Positions 36,832-49,335 of a stretch of DNA of 64,000 nucleotides are shown here, in pieces. The stretch spans positions 534,065,642 to 534,129,641 of the forward strand of contig NC_058131.1 of the NCBI RefSeq assembly GCF_016433145.1. The letters run 5' to 3'. How positions within the stretch are numbered: the first letter of the stretch is position 1; each line of letters starts with the position of its first letter. This stretch comes from Gracilinanus agilis. Lineage: Eukaryota. The translations under genes were made by a program, and so were the position numbers. The notes under the pieces were generated by a model. It saw only the letters and a list, made by a program, of their open reading frames with translations, was not told the DNA's origin and made no database searches.

Positions 36832-38199
36832 CTGAGCAGTGAATCATGCATGCAATGACAGGCACTGATTTACATAAAGACGAAATCTGTGCCCTCTAGG
36901 GCTGAGTGTTACTTCATCTCCCAGCCTTGTAATACGTGAATTTTCTTTTGGTGTTGGGAAGGTTCAGAAGCCAACACTGCCTCCTGCATGGTACAACACT
37001 GGGCTAAAAAGTCTGCATTACTGTCAAGCCATTCTCTTTGGTATGTAGCTTTGTTCAAATAACCTATCCCACATGTTAGCATAGAAGGGTCTTTCTCATG
37101 TTTAAAAAGACATTATTTTTCTCCCTCAAGTCTTTTAAAATTGTTTGAGTGACTTAGGTGGTCTCTTGCTTTGTAAACAATGATCTTTTTAGAAATGGTG
37201 GGGTAGGATGAGGCACTTTTATTTGGTAACCTGGTCAAAACTAGCTTTCAGTTAAAAAAAAAATAAACCAGACTTTTATGATAAGTAGGTAAGACTGAAA
37301 TTTTTGTTAGACGTCATGAAAGACCTGTTCGCCTGTTCATAAGCATTCCTCAAAGCATAGTACTTAAGGAATGCCATTTCATATTAATAACTTGGAAAAT
37401 TTCTAAGTATAGACGAATAACTAACACTTGGGATATATTATTTCAGAGGACTGCCTTTGGATGTTAAGCTTCATATCCCCAAACTCATACAGTTTAGTTC
37501 AGAGACACTAGGAAATAAGTATAAAAAGTTGCTCATAACCATCCAGGCTTCTTATGACTCAAGAAGGAAGGAGTCTTTAAAGAAATTTATTTAAAATGAG
37601 ACTCTTGATTGAGTTCTGGATAGTACCAGGGTATTTCAGAGTTGAAATTAGAGATTTTGACTTGCAGATATTTTTAGAACTTGTAGATTTTTGCTGATTA
37701 TCTCTCCAGTTCTATAGCAGAAGTAATAAATTATGAAATTTCATAGGGATTTTTAAAAAATATTTTTAAAGATCCTATTTGTTTAAGATCCTATTAAGAT
37801 CTTATTCTTTTTCTCTTCTCCTGTCTAGAGTTTAGTTTTTGAAGTATATATGTTTAAGGAATGGCATTAGTATTTAGAGAGTTTGTTGACATTTTAATTT
37901 TTTACCAGTTTTCAATGCAAAGTAAGATCTTATGGTTTTTTCCCCCTTGAGTTCATGCTACAAATATATTAAATATTCTTTGAAGCTTTTAATACAAATT
38001 TATATATAGAATTTACGTGACAATTGGGCACTATCACCAGAAAACAGAAAACTCCCTTGTATTCTGACCACTGGGAAATTTCTGCTACTACTCAAGAAGG
38101 GCTCAAAGGGTTTCCTTCTAATAGACTTAGGAATTAGGTCTATGATCTTTTCCTTTTACTGTATCCTCCCCCCCTAAAATATCCATATCATGAAGTGTG

Positions 38200-38400
38200 G
38201 ACAATTAGTGGAATGACTGTTTTAGTGTGTATTGGGATGTCAGAATAACTCAAGGAAGGCCCCCCAGTATGTTAGATAGACCCCTTGTGACAAATTTATG
38301 AGAGTGTAGTCAAGAATCAAACAAGATTGGCATGTAAGCGTGGATCAGTTGCAATCCTCACTGGAGGGAATGAGATCAGATCCAAATGAGTGTGAAAATC
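38200..38400 (+). mobile_element. RTE-like LINE 3' fragment
   Basis: gtggatcagttgcaatcctcactggagggaatgagatcagatcc resembles a marsupial RTE 3' tail. Confidence 0.45.
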
Positions 38401-41295
38401 TCCACCTATTCTTGTATCCTTTTATACTCCTTTGAAGCTTCATCATGGTGTAGAACTGACCCTAGATTTCTGTAGGCTATGCCAGAAGAGCATAAGCTTT
38501 GTCAGGCTCTAACATACTAGAAAAGTGTTTAGCATAACTAGATATAGACTACATCTGCATTCTGAAGATCAATCTAGTAAAATACAGAAAACCTTATCAC
38601 TTGTGATCTGGTCACTTGATGATGAAATATTTGGCCACGACAGCTAATAAAATAAATGATGACAGCAACAACAAATAGATATAGATAAAGAGAAATTACA
38701 AGTGAAAAACATATACTTCCCATATAAGATATGTATCTACCACATGGGTTATCTAAATATGTAGGCAGGAGTTCAAGTTAAAGTATTTATAGATATCTCT
38801 GGAATCTTGCCCTCCTAAATATTGTTTGTCTAGCGGCAAAATTGGTTAAAACAAAAAAGCCATTTCTTTGACCACTCTTTCTCTTATGAGCAGAAGGTAC
38901 TCCAACATTACATCTACAGTTCGGTTCCCTTCTGTCATATACCGCAGCACAAAAGACCATCAGAAATAATGAATAGTGAGTAAACCCATTTATCTAAGCC
39001 AATAACAAATAAATATCAGAGAAGTTATACAGATTAGACTATATCCCCCCCAAAAAGTGCATAAGAGTGAATAAATTCTTTATAAAGGAGAGAGCTGATA
39101 TCTTGCTCATTCAAAAGAGTCTTTTATTTCACCTAAAAGGAAATTCCCCTGCAAATCTGGGACAGTTCTCCCCAATATGTAGGTTAAGAAAGTCTTTCTT
39201 TCTTTTCCTTGGAGATGCTCTCAAAGACAGTATGGGACCGTAAAGTCTTTTCCAAAAAGGAAAAAAAAAACGAAGAATATTTTACCTCTTTCAAGTTTTC
39301 CCATCTACTCCACTTCTCCTATAGTTGCTCCGGATTGTGTTATTCCCTCCACCACTTAGGAGAATCTCATGAAAAATGCTAAACTGGGCCAGAAAACCCT
39401 GGTTACATAAGTACACAATCTTATTATTCATGAATAGGCAAGTGGAAAGAATATTGACTTAGAAATTAGAAGATCAGAATTCTAGGCTCAACATTTCAAC
39501 CTAATTGCTTGCTAACCATTTTCTAATTACAAAACCAGGCAAATCATTTTACATTTCTGAGCTTTATCTTCATCATCTACCAAATGAGAATCATAATACT
39601 TGTTCCTCTCTACTCATAGAGTTGTGTGAGTTGAATAAGATGGACAATGTATGTGAAAGTATATTGAAATCTACCATGCATGTGTAGTATTAGGAATTTC
39701 AATTATTATTATTCAGGCAGTTTGATACTTGCTAAATGTCAGCTTGATCAGATAATAAGGTGCTTCCAGTTTCACTTTCTAGTTCTGTACTGTCTTCTAC
39801 ATCCCAGAGAGGGCATTTTTCCTTAGACACTGGAGTCCCAGGAAAGTGTTCTCTCTTGATCACTGAAGCTAAGCAAGATATTTTACCATATAATCTCTAC
39901 ATTTCATTCTCACGTTCATAAAAGACTACATTCCTGACAGCTAATTCACTCTTAATTAAATTGCCCCCTTCTTTTTTATCTTCAATTTCTCCTAATTCCT
40001 TCTACTTCTTGCTGTTTCAGTCCTATTAGTTCACATATTCAGGTCCTTGGAGCTCTATGTCCCTAAGATTTCAATCAGGCTTGACCTCCTCTTATCACAT
40101 AAACATACTGAAGAGACTCTTCAACCTCCTCTAGCCCCTACCACACACATATCTCTTTATATTATACTCATTCCTACCTTTGCAAACTAGTGGTAGGTTT
40201 TAATTGACACTATATATTTGGGGAGAGAGATTATTGTCATATTTTATCTATATTAGTCAACAAATGTACTTTTTAAATTATTTTTCTCAGGTCTTATTTA
40301 GCTTAATTTTCTTGCTGTTCCACAGTACTGTGGAATTAGACATGAAAATATTTTTTTAAAAAGGGGGGGAAGAGTATAAATTTAGAAACTTTCTTAAAGT
40401 CCATAATCTCTTCTTCAGCAGAACCTGAATGATTTTCTGGCTCCAGTTTTTATATAAGAACCTGAATGTATTTAGTATTTTCCTTGGGCATACTCAGTGG
40501 GATTATATCAGTCATTATGAAGCTGGTGCTAGGTACTCTGAGATGACATTAGTACCCTAATGGAGAAAAAGAATTTTTAAAGTAAACTATACTATTTATG
40601 GTTTGCTTTTTCTCATCTATAGAATAGACTTGGATATCTTTTTATATAGTATCTTATCCAAATGTTGTTGGATACGCAGATCAGTTTGATGATGGTGATA
40701 AAATATTTACATGCATATATACACCAACATATATGTATGTTTACATATGCATAATACTTTCAAATTAGCAGAGAACTTCATTTGCATTATGTAGTAAAAA
40801 AGAATTGATAGATGGGTGGAAAGGGGATTTTGATTCTGCTTGCATTTCATCATCTAAAAAGTAATAATATTAATGAGATTTTAGATATAAGATGCTTTAA
40901 GGTGTACATAGTGTTTTACATGTTTTTGATATTCCTAACAACCCCGTGGGGGTAATTAATACAAGAATTAGTTCCATATTACAGATGAGAGAGCCAAAGC
41001 CTGGGAAGGTGCAGTGATTTGCCAGAAGCCAGAGAGTGAGGCCAAGTCAAGACTTTAAATGGGGCATTGGGTCTGATTCTAAGTCTTTTTAGTTTTCTAC
41101 TGTGCCACATTGTGGAGTTTTGGTTTTGGTTTGGGGTGGGGGGTTTCCTCTTCTTTTATTTTTTTCCTTTGAGAGAAACAGAGTAGGAGGAGAAGTTGCT
41201 ATCAGGGATTTCATTGATTGGAATATTTAATTTAATTTAAATATTCCTTCTATTGATGTAGAGCTGTAACTCATCTGTAACATCTAGTCTTAGAA

Positions 41296-41485
41296 GGACA
41301 ACTAAGTACCCCAGTGGATAGAGCACCAGGCCTAGAGTTGGGTTCAAATCTGACCTCAAATACTTCCTAGCTGCATGTCCCTGGGCAAGTCATTTAACTT
41401 CAATTGCCAAGCCCTTACCTCTCTTTTGCCTTGGTATCCAGAGTTAGTATTAATTCTAAAGACAGAAGATATGGATTTTTTTTAA
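41296..41485 (+). mobile_element. Marsupial tRNA-derived SINE (SINE1_Mdo/MAR1 group)
   Basis: cagtggatagagcaccaggcct...ggttcaaatctgacctca...gcccttacc tail. Confidence 0.85.
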
Positions 41486-41859
41486 CTAGTCTTAGACTAA
41501 TTTCCTGGAAAGCCCTGGGAGATTTGATGACTTACCCACTTTTTAATAGGCCTTTTGTGTCTGAGACTAGGTTTGAAGCTAGGTCTACCTGACTTCAAGT
41601 TTGCCCCTCCATTCACTATACCAAGTTGCCACTCACACTGTTTGTGATTCTTAAAGCCAAATAATATCTATAAATGAAATACTGCAAGATATTCCATCAA
41701 AAACGCTCATATAATTATTATTGATTATGTGAAGGAGCACAGTTGGAACCTGATATGTAGGATTAGGCAATTTTCTTTTGTTTTGTTAACAACTATATAA
41801 CTTCACATATATATATATATATATGAATGATATGAATGTGCACAGAGAGTAGTATGCTA

Positions 41860-41994
41860 NNNNNNNNNNNNNNNNNNNNNNNNNNNNNNNNNNNNNNNNN
41901 NNNNNNNNNNNNNNNNNNNNNNNNNNNNNNNNNNNNNNNNNNNNNNNNNNNNNNNNNNNNNNNNNNNNNNNNNNNNNNNNNNNNNNNNNNNNNN
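41860..41994. other. N-run, 135 nt
   Basis: Directly visible. The right flank is the RTE 3' tail. Confidence 0.99.
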
Positions 41995-42320
41995 TTGGTT
42001 ATTGTCTTCCATACTCCAAGAGGGTCAAAATAACACATTGGGATCAATATACAATGTGTCCTACTGAGGCTGATCACACCTGTCCAAGTTTAGAAGGTTC
42101 TACCACAAATTAGGCACAAATAGCCTATATGAACTTTTGGGGTGGAGATGTCCCCGAATATGAGTATCTCTTGCTTCTTTTGAGCCACTACAATTCTGCC
42201 TTGCTCATAGAGCCCAGTGCCTTCTTTGATATGGGCACACCATGCTGGATGGTCTTGCACCAGTGTCTCTCAACTCACAATTGACACCAAAGTTATTCAG
42301 AGAGAACTTGAGAGTGTCAG
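41995..42320 (-). mobile_element. RTE LINE 3' fragment (ORF C-terminus and 3' UTR)
   Basis: The minus strand reads DTLKFSLNNFG, then after a frameshift HPAWCAHIKEGTGLYEQGRIVVAQKKQE...YLCLICGRTF, typical of the RTE ORF end. Confidence 0.85.
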
Positions 42321-43609
42321 CAATACAGGGACACTATCAAGGTTTCTTTGAAGAACTTTAGTACTGACGTGTCCACGTTTCTACGTGTATCTATGTATAT
42401 GTATATGTATGTGTGTATATATGTATATATATTTATGTATTCACACATATATATCCACACTCACAAATGTATGAACCTGGGAAAAGAAAACCACTTATAT
42501 GTTTGGTGTGGGAACAGTTACCTGTATAATTCATGGGATGTTTTAATACTAAATGCTTACCTAGAAGTAGCTCATATATGGGATATACAATTTAATTCTG
42601 TAGTACAATGTGTGATGGAAAGAAAATTATATTTTTTCCTGCAGACAAAATGAGTAGTCGTAATAGTAGCCGAGATTCATTGTGTTTCAAGATTTGCAAA
42701 AATTTGCTATATACATCTGTGAGATAGGTACAGGTATCATTATGACTCCTGTTATTCACGTCAGAGGACTGTAAATTGATAGCTGAAAAGGACCTTAGGC
42801 AAACCCCTACATTCTCCATATGACAGACCAAGCTCAAATAGATTATCCTTGCCCATGGTCGAACACTGCCAGAGGTAGGATTTGAACTCAAGTCTCTCAT
42901 GATTCCAATTCAACCACCCTTTCTGCTACACAATAGTACATGAATGGATGGGTGTATCTATCTACTGCTTCATCTGTCTTAGGAACCTACTGCACTTAAT
43001 GTAGATGTAACCTGTTGGGAAAGGACTGTGGGACAGGGAGATATTTTAATGACTGAATTTCATCTTTCTATTTTTTTTTTGGTCCAGCTGTATGAAATCT
43101 TGCTGCTATATTGAACTAAAGTACCCATCAATGTTCCTTTTATTGGACATGCTTCATATATTGTGATGAGATTATATGCATCCATAGAGGTTGTTAGGAA
43201 AAACTTAACACGCCACTGATGTGCAATGAAGGAAAGTTAATTGTGTAGATGCCACAGAACTGCATCAATGAGTAGCTCTCTGTCAGGAATATTAATCTGC
43301 TTTGAATAAAAACTACTAAACAGGCTGTTGTAGCCAACAGCCTAAGGTAAAACCTGATATTAATAAACTTATGGCAATGAATCAAACCTCAACTTATCTT
43401 TTTCATATAGGGACCACTGCTAAAAATCCATGAAGTGCCTAGTGTGTAAACTTAACACCCCCCTTCTCATTGTTCACTGACATATTGATCAAATGGGGTC
43501 CCTAAAAGTATGTTTTTTTCTATTTATATCTTTTTTAAATTTCTCAATAGACCTAATATTTCTTTGAATGCATTTATCTAGGTGCCTATATATATAAGTA
43601 TGCATAAAA

Positions 43610-43830
43610 AAAAAGAACCTCATTGGAACAACCTTATTTTCAGTATGCAAATTCCATGCACAATTGAACTGCCCCCAGAAAATTTCAAATGGGATAAACT
43701 TGTGTGGAGGAAATTTCAATGCAATTCACTTGCAGCTGAAATTGGTCATTGGTGCAAGTGGCCAATTGTGGGAATAGCTTTCTTGTCCATGAAATTTGCA
43801 TGCAATTGAATTGTGTATAGAGAGGGAAGA
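43610..43830. repeat. Self-complementary element, candidate ancient low-copy repeat (MER121/Eulor/UCON class)
   Basis: Inverted 14-mers ATGCAAATTCCATG and CATGAAATTTGCAT (1 mismatch), plus inner inverted CACTTGCA and TGCAAGTG. The family resemblance is from memory only. Confidence 0.35.
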
Positions 43831-44440
43831 TTTACATTTGAAAAATATAATTCAGCATATAAATTATAATTATCACTATCAATAATGGGACCAGTTTTAA
43901 AATGGAGTTGTAAATTAGTGTGTGTGTCTACCCACACACACATACACCTCTATATGTATGTGTATATATGAAAATATATACATACATATCATTTTGAAAA
44001 AAAATCAGAAAAACTTTCTTCTATAACAAATGAAAGTTAATCCTACTTAGAGACAGGGTTATATAGACAAAATGACCTTTGAAGGCTCTTTTCAGTCTAA
44101 TCCACTAACTCTTTGCCTGCGTCCATACCTTACAAAGAGGAAGAGACAAGTTGTTCCACTCTTCCTTGACTAGAATAATTAATAACCTGAATGAAAAACT
44201 ATGGCAGCAAGAAATAAGAAGAAATACAAGAAGATACTAATTTCATAAATATGAAGCAAACTTTCCTTGGGTTTTCCCACTTTTTTCAGCTCTGATGGTG
44301 AACTCTGTCTATATCTATGTACCTTTTCGATTTCATTTTCTTTCAACCAGGAAAGTCCTTTGGATCTTATGTACTTTAAAAAATATCTAAGGTGGTGGGA
44401 ATTTAAATTTTTTTTTCATTTTTAGTTCTTTTGTTTTTTA

Positions 44441-44586
44441 AGTATTGGTTCCAAGGCAGACAAATGGTAAGGGCTAGGCAACTGGAGTTTCATGATTTAC
44501 CCAGAGTGTGTCTGAGGCCAGATTTTATCCAAGTACCTCCCATCTCTAAGCTTCACTCTCTGTCCACTGACCCACCTGGCTGCCCC
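44441..44586 (-). mobile_element. SINE1_Mdo-like SINE
   Basis: agtattggttccaaggcaga...ggtaagggctaggcaa...ccacctggctgcccc. Confidence 0.88.
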
Positions 44587-45074
44587 CTTTAAGTTTCTTT
44601 TTAAATGGTATTATAACACTTTATATCCCATGATAAAACCATGAATGTTCCGGGATACAGCAGAAGGAATCTATCCATTCCCACTGATGACATGTAGTTT
44701 TTCAACATCCATACTCCCAACTACTATAATAATTTGTACATGAATTTATATTTACATGCTCGTATAAAGGAAATATATGTGGATAGATATACGCAATCTT
44801 CCACCTTACTCTTTTTCACTATTTTTTCTTTTTCACAAACATCTTTACCTAACACACTAATCTAAAATAGGCAAATGGTAATGCTGAAATCTTAACTATC
44901 ATAACATACCAGGGATGTTTGTGAAACAAACTAAGGCAACTATAACTGAAATAAAATTTACTAACATATGTACCATTTATAGAAACCATTGAGTTTTAAA
45001 ATGTTAAACATTACTTCCTTTTCTGACATTTCGATTCATTTAAAATTTGTCCTATTTGCTTTAAACAACTAAAC

Positions 45075-45263
45075 AGGCAGGTAATGGATAAAGAGCCAGG
45101 CCTGGAGATAGGAAGTCCTAGGTTCAAATTTGACCTCAGATACTTTGTTAGCTATGTGACCTTGGGCAAGTCACTTAACCCCAATTGCCTAACCTTACCA
45201 CACTTCTGCCTTGGAATCAATGCACAGTATTGATTCTAAGACACAAGGCAAGGGTTTTTAAAA
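45075..45263 (+). mobile_element. SINE1_Mdo-like SINE
   Basis: gagccaggcctggaga...ggttcaaatttgacctcaga...ccttggaatcaatgcacagtattgattctaagac...ggttttta. Confidence 0.9.
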
Positions 45264-47984
45264 ATAAATGATTAGATGTATTTCAGCTGTATCTATTAGA
45301 CAAGTACAAATTAGTAGTAAGAGGTCAAACATTTCAAATGGAAGTCTCTATGCTAAGTGTACTACACTGTTGTTTGCTAATTTGTTTTCTCCATAGAAAA
45401 CCTATTGAAAATATTTTCAGTCCTAATAGTCCAATTTTTTTGGTAAACATTTCTATAAGAGGCACTTTCTGATTTGCGAAACACTTAGGCATCCTAGCAG
45501 CACTAAAACAAATGTTGGTTTCAGCTATAACAGTTAAAACAAATGTTTGCATTCTGGAAATGTTTGTTGGTGAAACAAATGTTTTAACTGAAGTATAAAA
45601 CAAATCTAAAGCCCAAATATTATGGCTGTTAAGGTACCTTCAAAGAAAATATTTTGGATTTTGCTAAAATTAGCCTTCATTTAGAAAATATTTTGCATGA
45701 TCCATTATGGCTAATCTTCACGGGTCATTTCAAGAAGTCTTACCAGCAAAAGACAAAAAGTAATAATATAGACAACAGGGAAACCTTTTTTCTGGACTAG
45801 GTGATCTCTTCTGCAGTACAAACAACTTTACAATATTCCTTTATATCTAATTGTGCAACACAAAATGTCATTTCTTATGTTTGTTCTTATAATACCTTTC
45901 TATACTTAGGTAGTACTTCATTTAAAATACTTTAGCTCAGTCTTTTTAACTTTCTTTATTTTTTTTGAATCAAAGATTTTAATGCCTGTACCAAATAAGC
46001 TAAAATACTGTTTATAATTTTCTAGCAAATGGCAAACTTTTGCCTTTTAGCAGTTAAAAACTTTCTGAAATGTTTAAAAATCATTTTTGACAGTATGTTA
46101 AAGTGAATGCAGGGTTTTATCTAAAGATCTCCATCAACTTTCTAAACGCTTAAAAACATTACAGGTAAATTGACTCTGTGACTTATAAAAGCAATTAAAC
46201 TTATGTGAATAAATATTTTAAAATATGAGTGGTGAGAATGCAACAGCATTAACATTTATTAAAATTTTGTGTTTCACCTATGAGTTTGTAGTCACTGGTT
46301 TAAACAGAATTATAAGTGCGTATAAAAGAAGCAAAGGTCAGGAGTATGCTTTATCACTGTTTCTCTACATGTCAGAGACATTTTTCAAAATGGAGTCTAT
46401 TTATTTTAAGTTATCTAAGAGGGGGTAAATAATTGAAAGTGAATATGACTAATTTAAGTCCCTACATTTATTTAGTTTGGTGTTTGCGATGTATTTAGAA
46501 AATGAGCAAAAAATGTTTTAACCATTTTAATTGCATGGGTGATAGAAAATGTAATCTTCAGGCAGATGTTGGTAAAATAGACAAAATAATTAAAGTGGTA
46601 GGATGCTTCACTGATCGCCTGCGGGAAAAAAATCAAAGTGCAGTACTGGTTCTCCAAACTTTCTTTCAATTGATTCCTAATATTCAGGAGAAGATGTTTG
46701 TGAGTCTGTGCCATATAATACAATCATTTCAGGATGATGCCCCGTTCATAAAAAATTAGTGATTTCCTTTCTTTCATTTAATAGACTGCTCTGAATTTAA
46801 ATGAACAGAAATCAAATTATATTAGGGAAACTATGTAGGATGAATAGATGTCCCCTTTCCCTGCCCCCCACAACAACCTATTGAGGGCATATGTTTGTAG
46901 TTTGCTATGCACCTTGCTTAAATTATATGAAGAAAATGTTAGGTCATAAAATCATTAAGGTTCACTGTGTAATGAGAAATAGTTTAAATCGGGGGTCTCA
47001 AGGCCCCTGTGGCCATGTGGGATTGGTTCAAAATCTTTGCAGACTGCATTGTGTAAGGTGTTACCATACTGATGAAACATCTGGGATATTTACCAAAAAA
47101 TACCAGCTGCTCAGTCAGCATAACAGAACAAGATGATGAATATCAATTTAAGAAGGGATTGTGTCTGTGTATTTTTCTTAACATATCTACTTAGTGGCAA
47201 AGGGAAACCAGAACTCAGATCAATTTTGTAAACAACAAAGATCATGCTTTTCATTATTGTTTAGCTTTATAAAACCATTTTATTTTTTAAAAAATTTCAT
47301 TGAAGAAATAGTTTGCTTTGGAAACATTAAAAACTCTGTGTAGACTAGTGTTTAACAAACATTCACAAAATAGAAAAAAGATGAAAGCTCTCCATTTGAG
47401 TTATCTCCCATGTTCCTCTATGGTTAGCTATTGTGCAACCTTTGGAGAAACACATGCACATGGTACTGGATTAGTTTGCTTTTCCCTCAGGTGACCATAA
47501 CAACTCTCCATCTCTATGCTGAGGTAAAAATATCTTTAACAATGACCTAAAATGATGAAAAGATACACATGATTATATGTGATGACTCCTGACTATAATA
47601 TAGGATTCTGGGGGAGAAGCAAAAGATCTACTTTGGATTTATTTACATAAGTTAAAGCATGATGGCATACTCACAAACATATCAATTGATGAGATACCTG
47701 AAGAGTAAAGGTCGTTGATCAGTGACTTGCTCTGCTTTTTTAGAAGATGGTTGTTGGTATAGCTATATGCAAGTTTACTAAGATAAGGGATTTCAATGAC
47801 AAGAAGAAACAAGAAATAAGATGGAGTGGAGATGGGTAAATTTCAGTGTGTGCTGGGTTGAGTTAGATATGTCTAAAGAGTAGTTGGTTCATGACACTGA
47901 AATCATTCAAGCGAATTGACATCTCAAAAACCTTTAAAGTCAAAAGAATGATAATCATTTCCATTAAGATGAACTTTGGTAGAT

Positions 47985-48230
47985 AGTATGGTGGAGAGAG
48001 CATTAGAATGAATGTCAGGAAGACTTCAGTCCAAATCCAGCCTCAAACACTTAACTAGCTTTGTGATCATGGGCAAATTAAGTCCCTTAATCTCTGTTTG
48101 CCTCACTTTCTTCATTTGTAAAATGGGGATGATAACTGTACCTACCTAACAGGGATTAGATATGATGACATTTGTTAAGAGTTTAGCTCAATCCCTGGCA
48201 GATGGTAGGCAATATCTTCTATTATTATAA
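47985..48230 (+). mobile_element. MIR SINE
   Basis: ctctgtttgcctcactttcttcatttgtaaaatggggatgataact is the CORE domain. Confidence 0.85.
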
Positions 48231-49247
48231 GCTACTATTAGCTAGCTATTGTTATTATTGAAGTGGAACTTTGTTCCATTATTTAAAAACTATAGCATTC
48301 ACCTTTTCTTATGGGGAAAAAGAAATTGTGACTTCTTACCAAGGAAGCAACTTAATTTAAGATTTGGTTATTATTTATAGTTTGTATGTGTGAGGATGGT
48401 GTTCTTCATTAATGTTAGTTATATTGTTATCTTGAGTGCCTATTTCTTGTGAAAACCAGCAATGAAAAACAATTTCTACTTTTCTAAATACAGCAGTCAA
48501 AATTGAAACTTGAAAGAATAAATTCCAAGAATCTAGAGGCAGATGTTTTTGGTTTTGTTTTACTATTTGATCATGTAAATGGATACTGAAAATTAGGAAA
48601 AGTTGGATTATAAGTATTTCTATTTAAGATGTCATTTTTTAAAAAACCAGAGAATCTTTAAATGTTTTACAAGCTCTCTTTCCCTTGACAGCTATACAAC
48701 AATTCATATACTTAAATATTTGTCAAGCTAATATTTATAAAGCCATGCCTAGCACATAGTAGGCACTTAATAAATGCATATTTCTCCTTCCCCCCTCTTA
48801 AGTGCCCTGAAATAATTTGTCATAGCTTTAGCTATAATTGTTAGAAGGTCAAACTAGCTTAATAAACAGTGCTCAAAATGACTGCTCACTTACCAAAGTA
48901 AAGAACACTAAAGAAAGGTCATGCCTCTCCAAAAGCTGCATACAATGGGGCCACTGGTAAATAAAGAGAAAAATGAGAGGAGCAAGCAGCCTGTCCAAAC
49001 TCCACATAAGGTTGTGGAATTCTAAACTACCAGAAAAAAAGAGTTTCTGCTATGAGTTGCATCCAAGTAAGCTAAGTTTTTTTGAAGGATCCAGTTCATC
49101 ACCTCACCATTTTGCTCCTTGTTTTTTAATTTATACCCTACTTCTTTCAATCCAATCAATCTAATCAACTAGAACTCAATCCAGTTTTCCTTTCCTACAT
49201 TCATCTTGAGTTGTTCAATTGTTTCTCCCAAGAATGACCAACCAGAA

Positions 49248-49249
<2 letters not shown>

Positions 49250-49315
<66 letters not shown>

Positions 49316-49335
49316 ATCTCTATCTCTATCTCTCT
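49250..49335. repeat. (CT)n microsatellite grading into (CTCTAT)n
   Basis: Directly visible. Confidence 0.95.

Larger units (their letters stand above)
34390..37330. promoter_or_regulatory. TE-poor block, candidate cluster of conserved noncoding elements
   Basis: About 3 kb with no recognisable SINE or LINE. Contains CCTTTGAT (TCF/LEF, 35727) and TGACGTAA (35659) and includes one N-run. Confidence 0.35.

Noticed and set aside
37767-37805. Three copies of an 11-bp TAAGATCCTAT-like motif
   Set aside because: Short AT-rich slippage repeat with no further structure.
41220-41247. 11-bp AT-rich inverted repeat
   Set aside because: Low-complexity AT sequence inflates the chance of such matches.
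43322-43343. 9-bp hairpin AGGCTGTTG-TAGC-CAACAGCCT
   Set aside because: A few 9-bp inverted repeats are expected by chance in 64 kb.
44600-45060. AT-rich stretch considered as a nuclear mitochondrial insertion
   Set aside because: No recognisable mitochondrial gene, tRNA or control-region motif.
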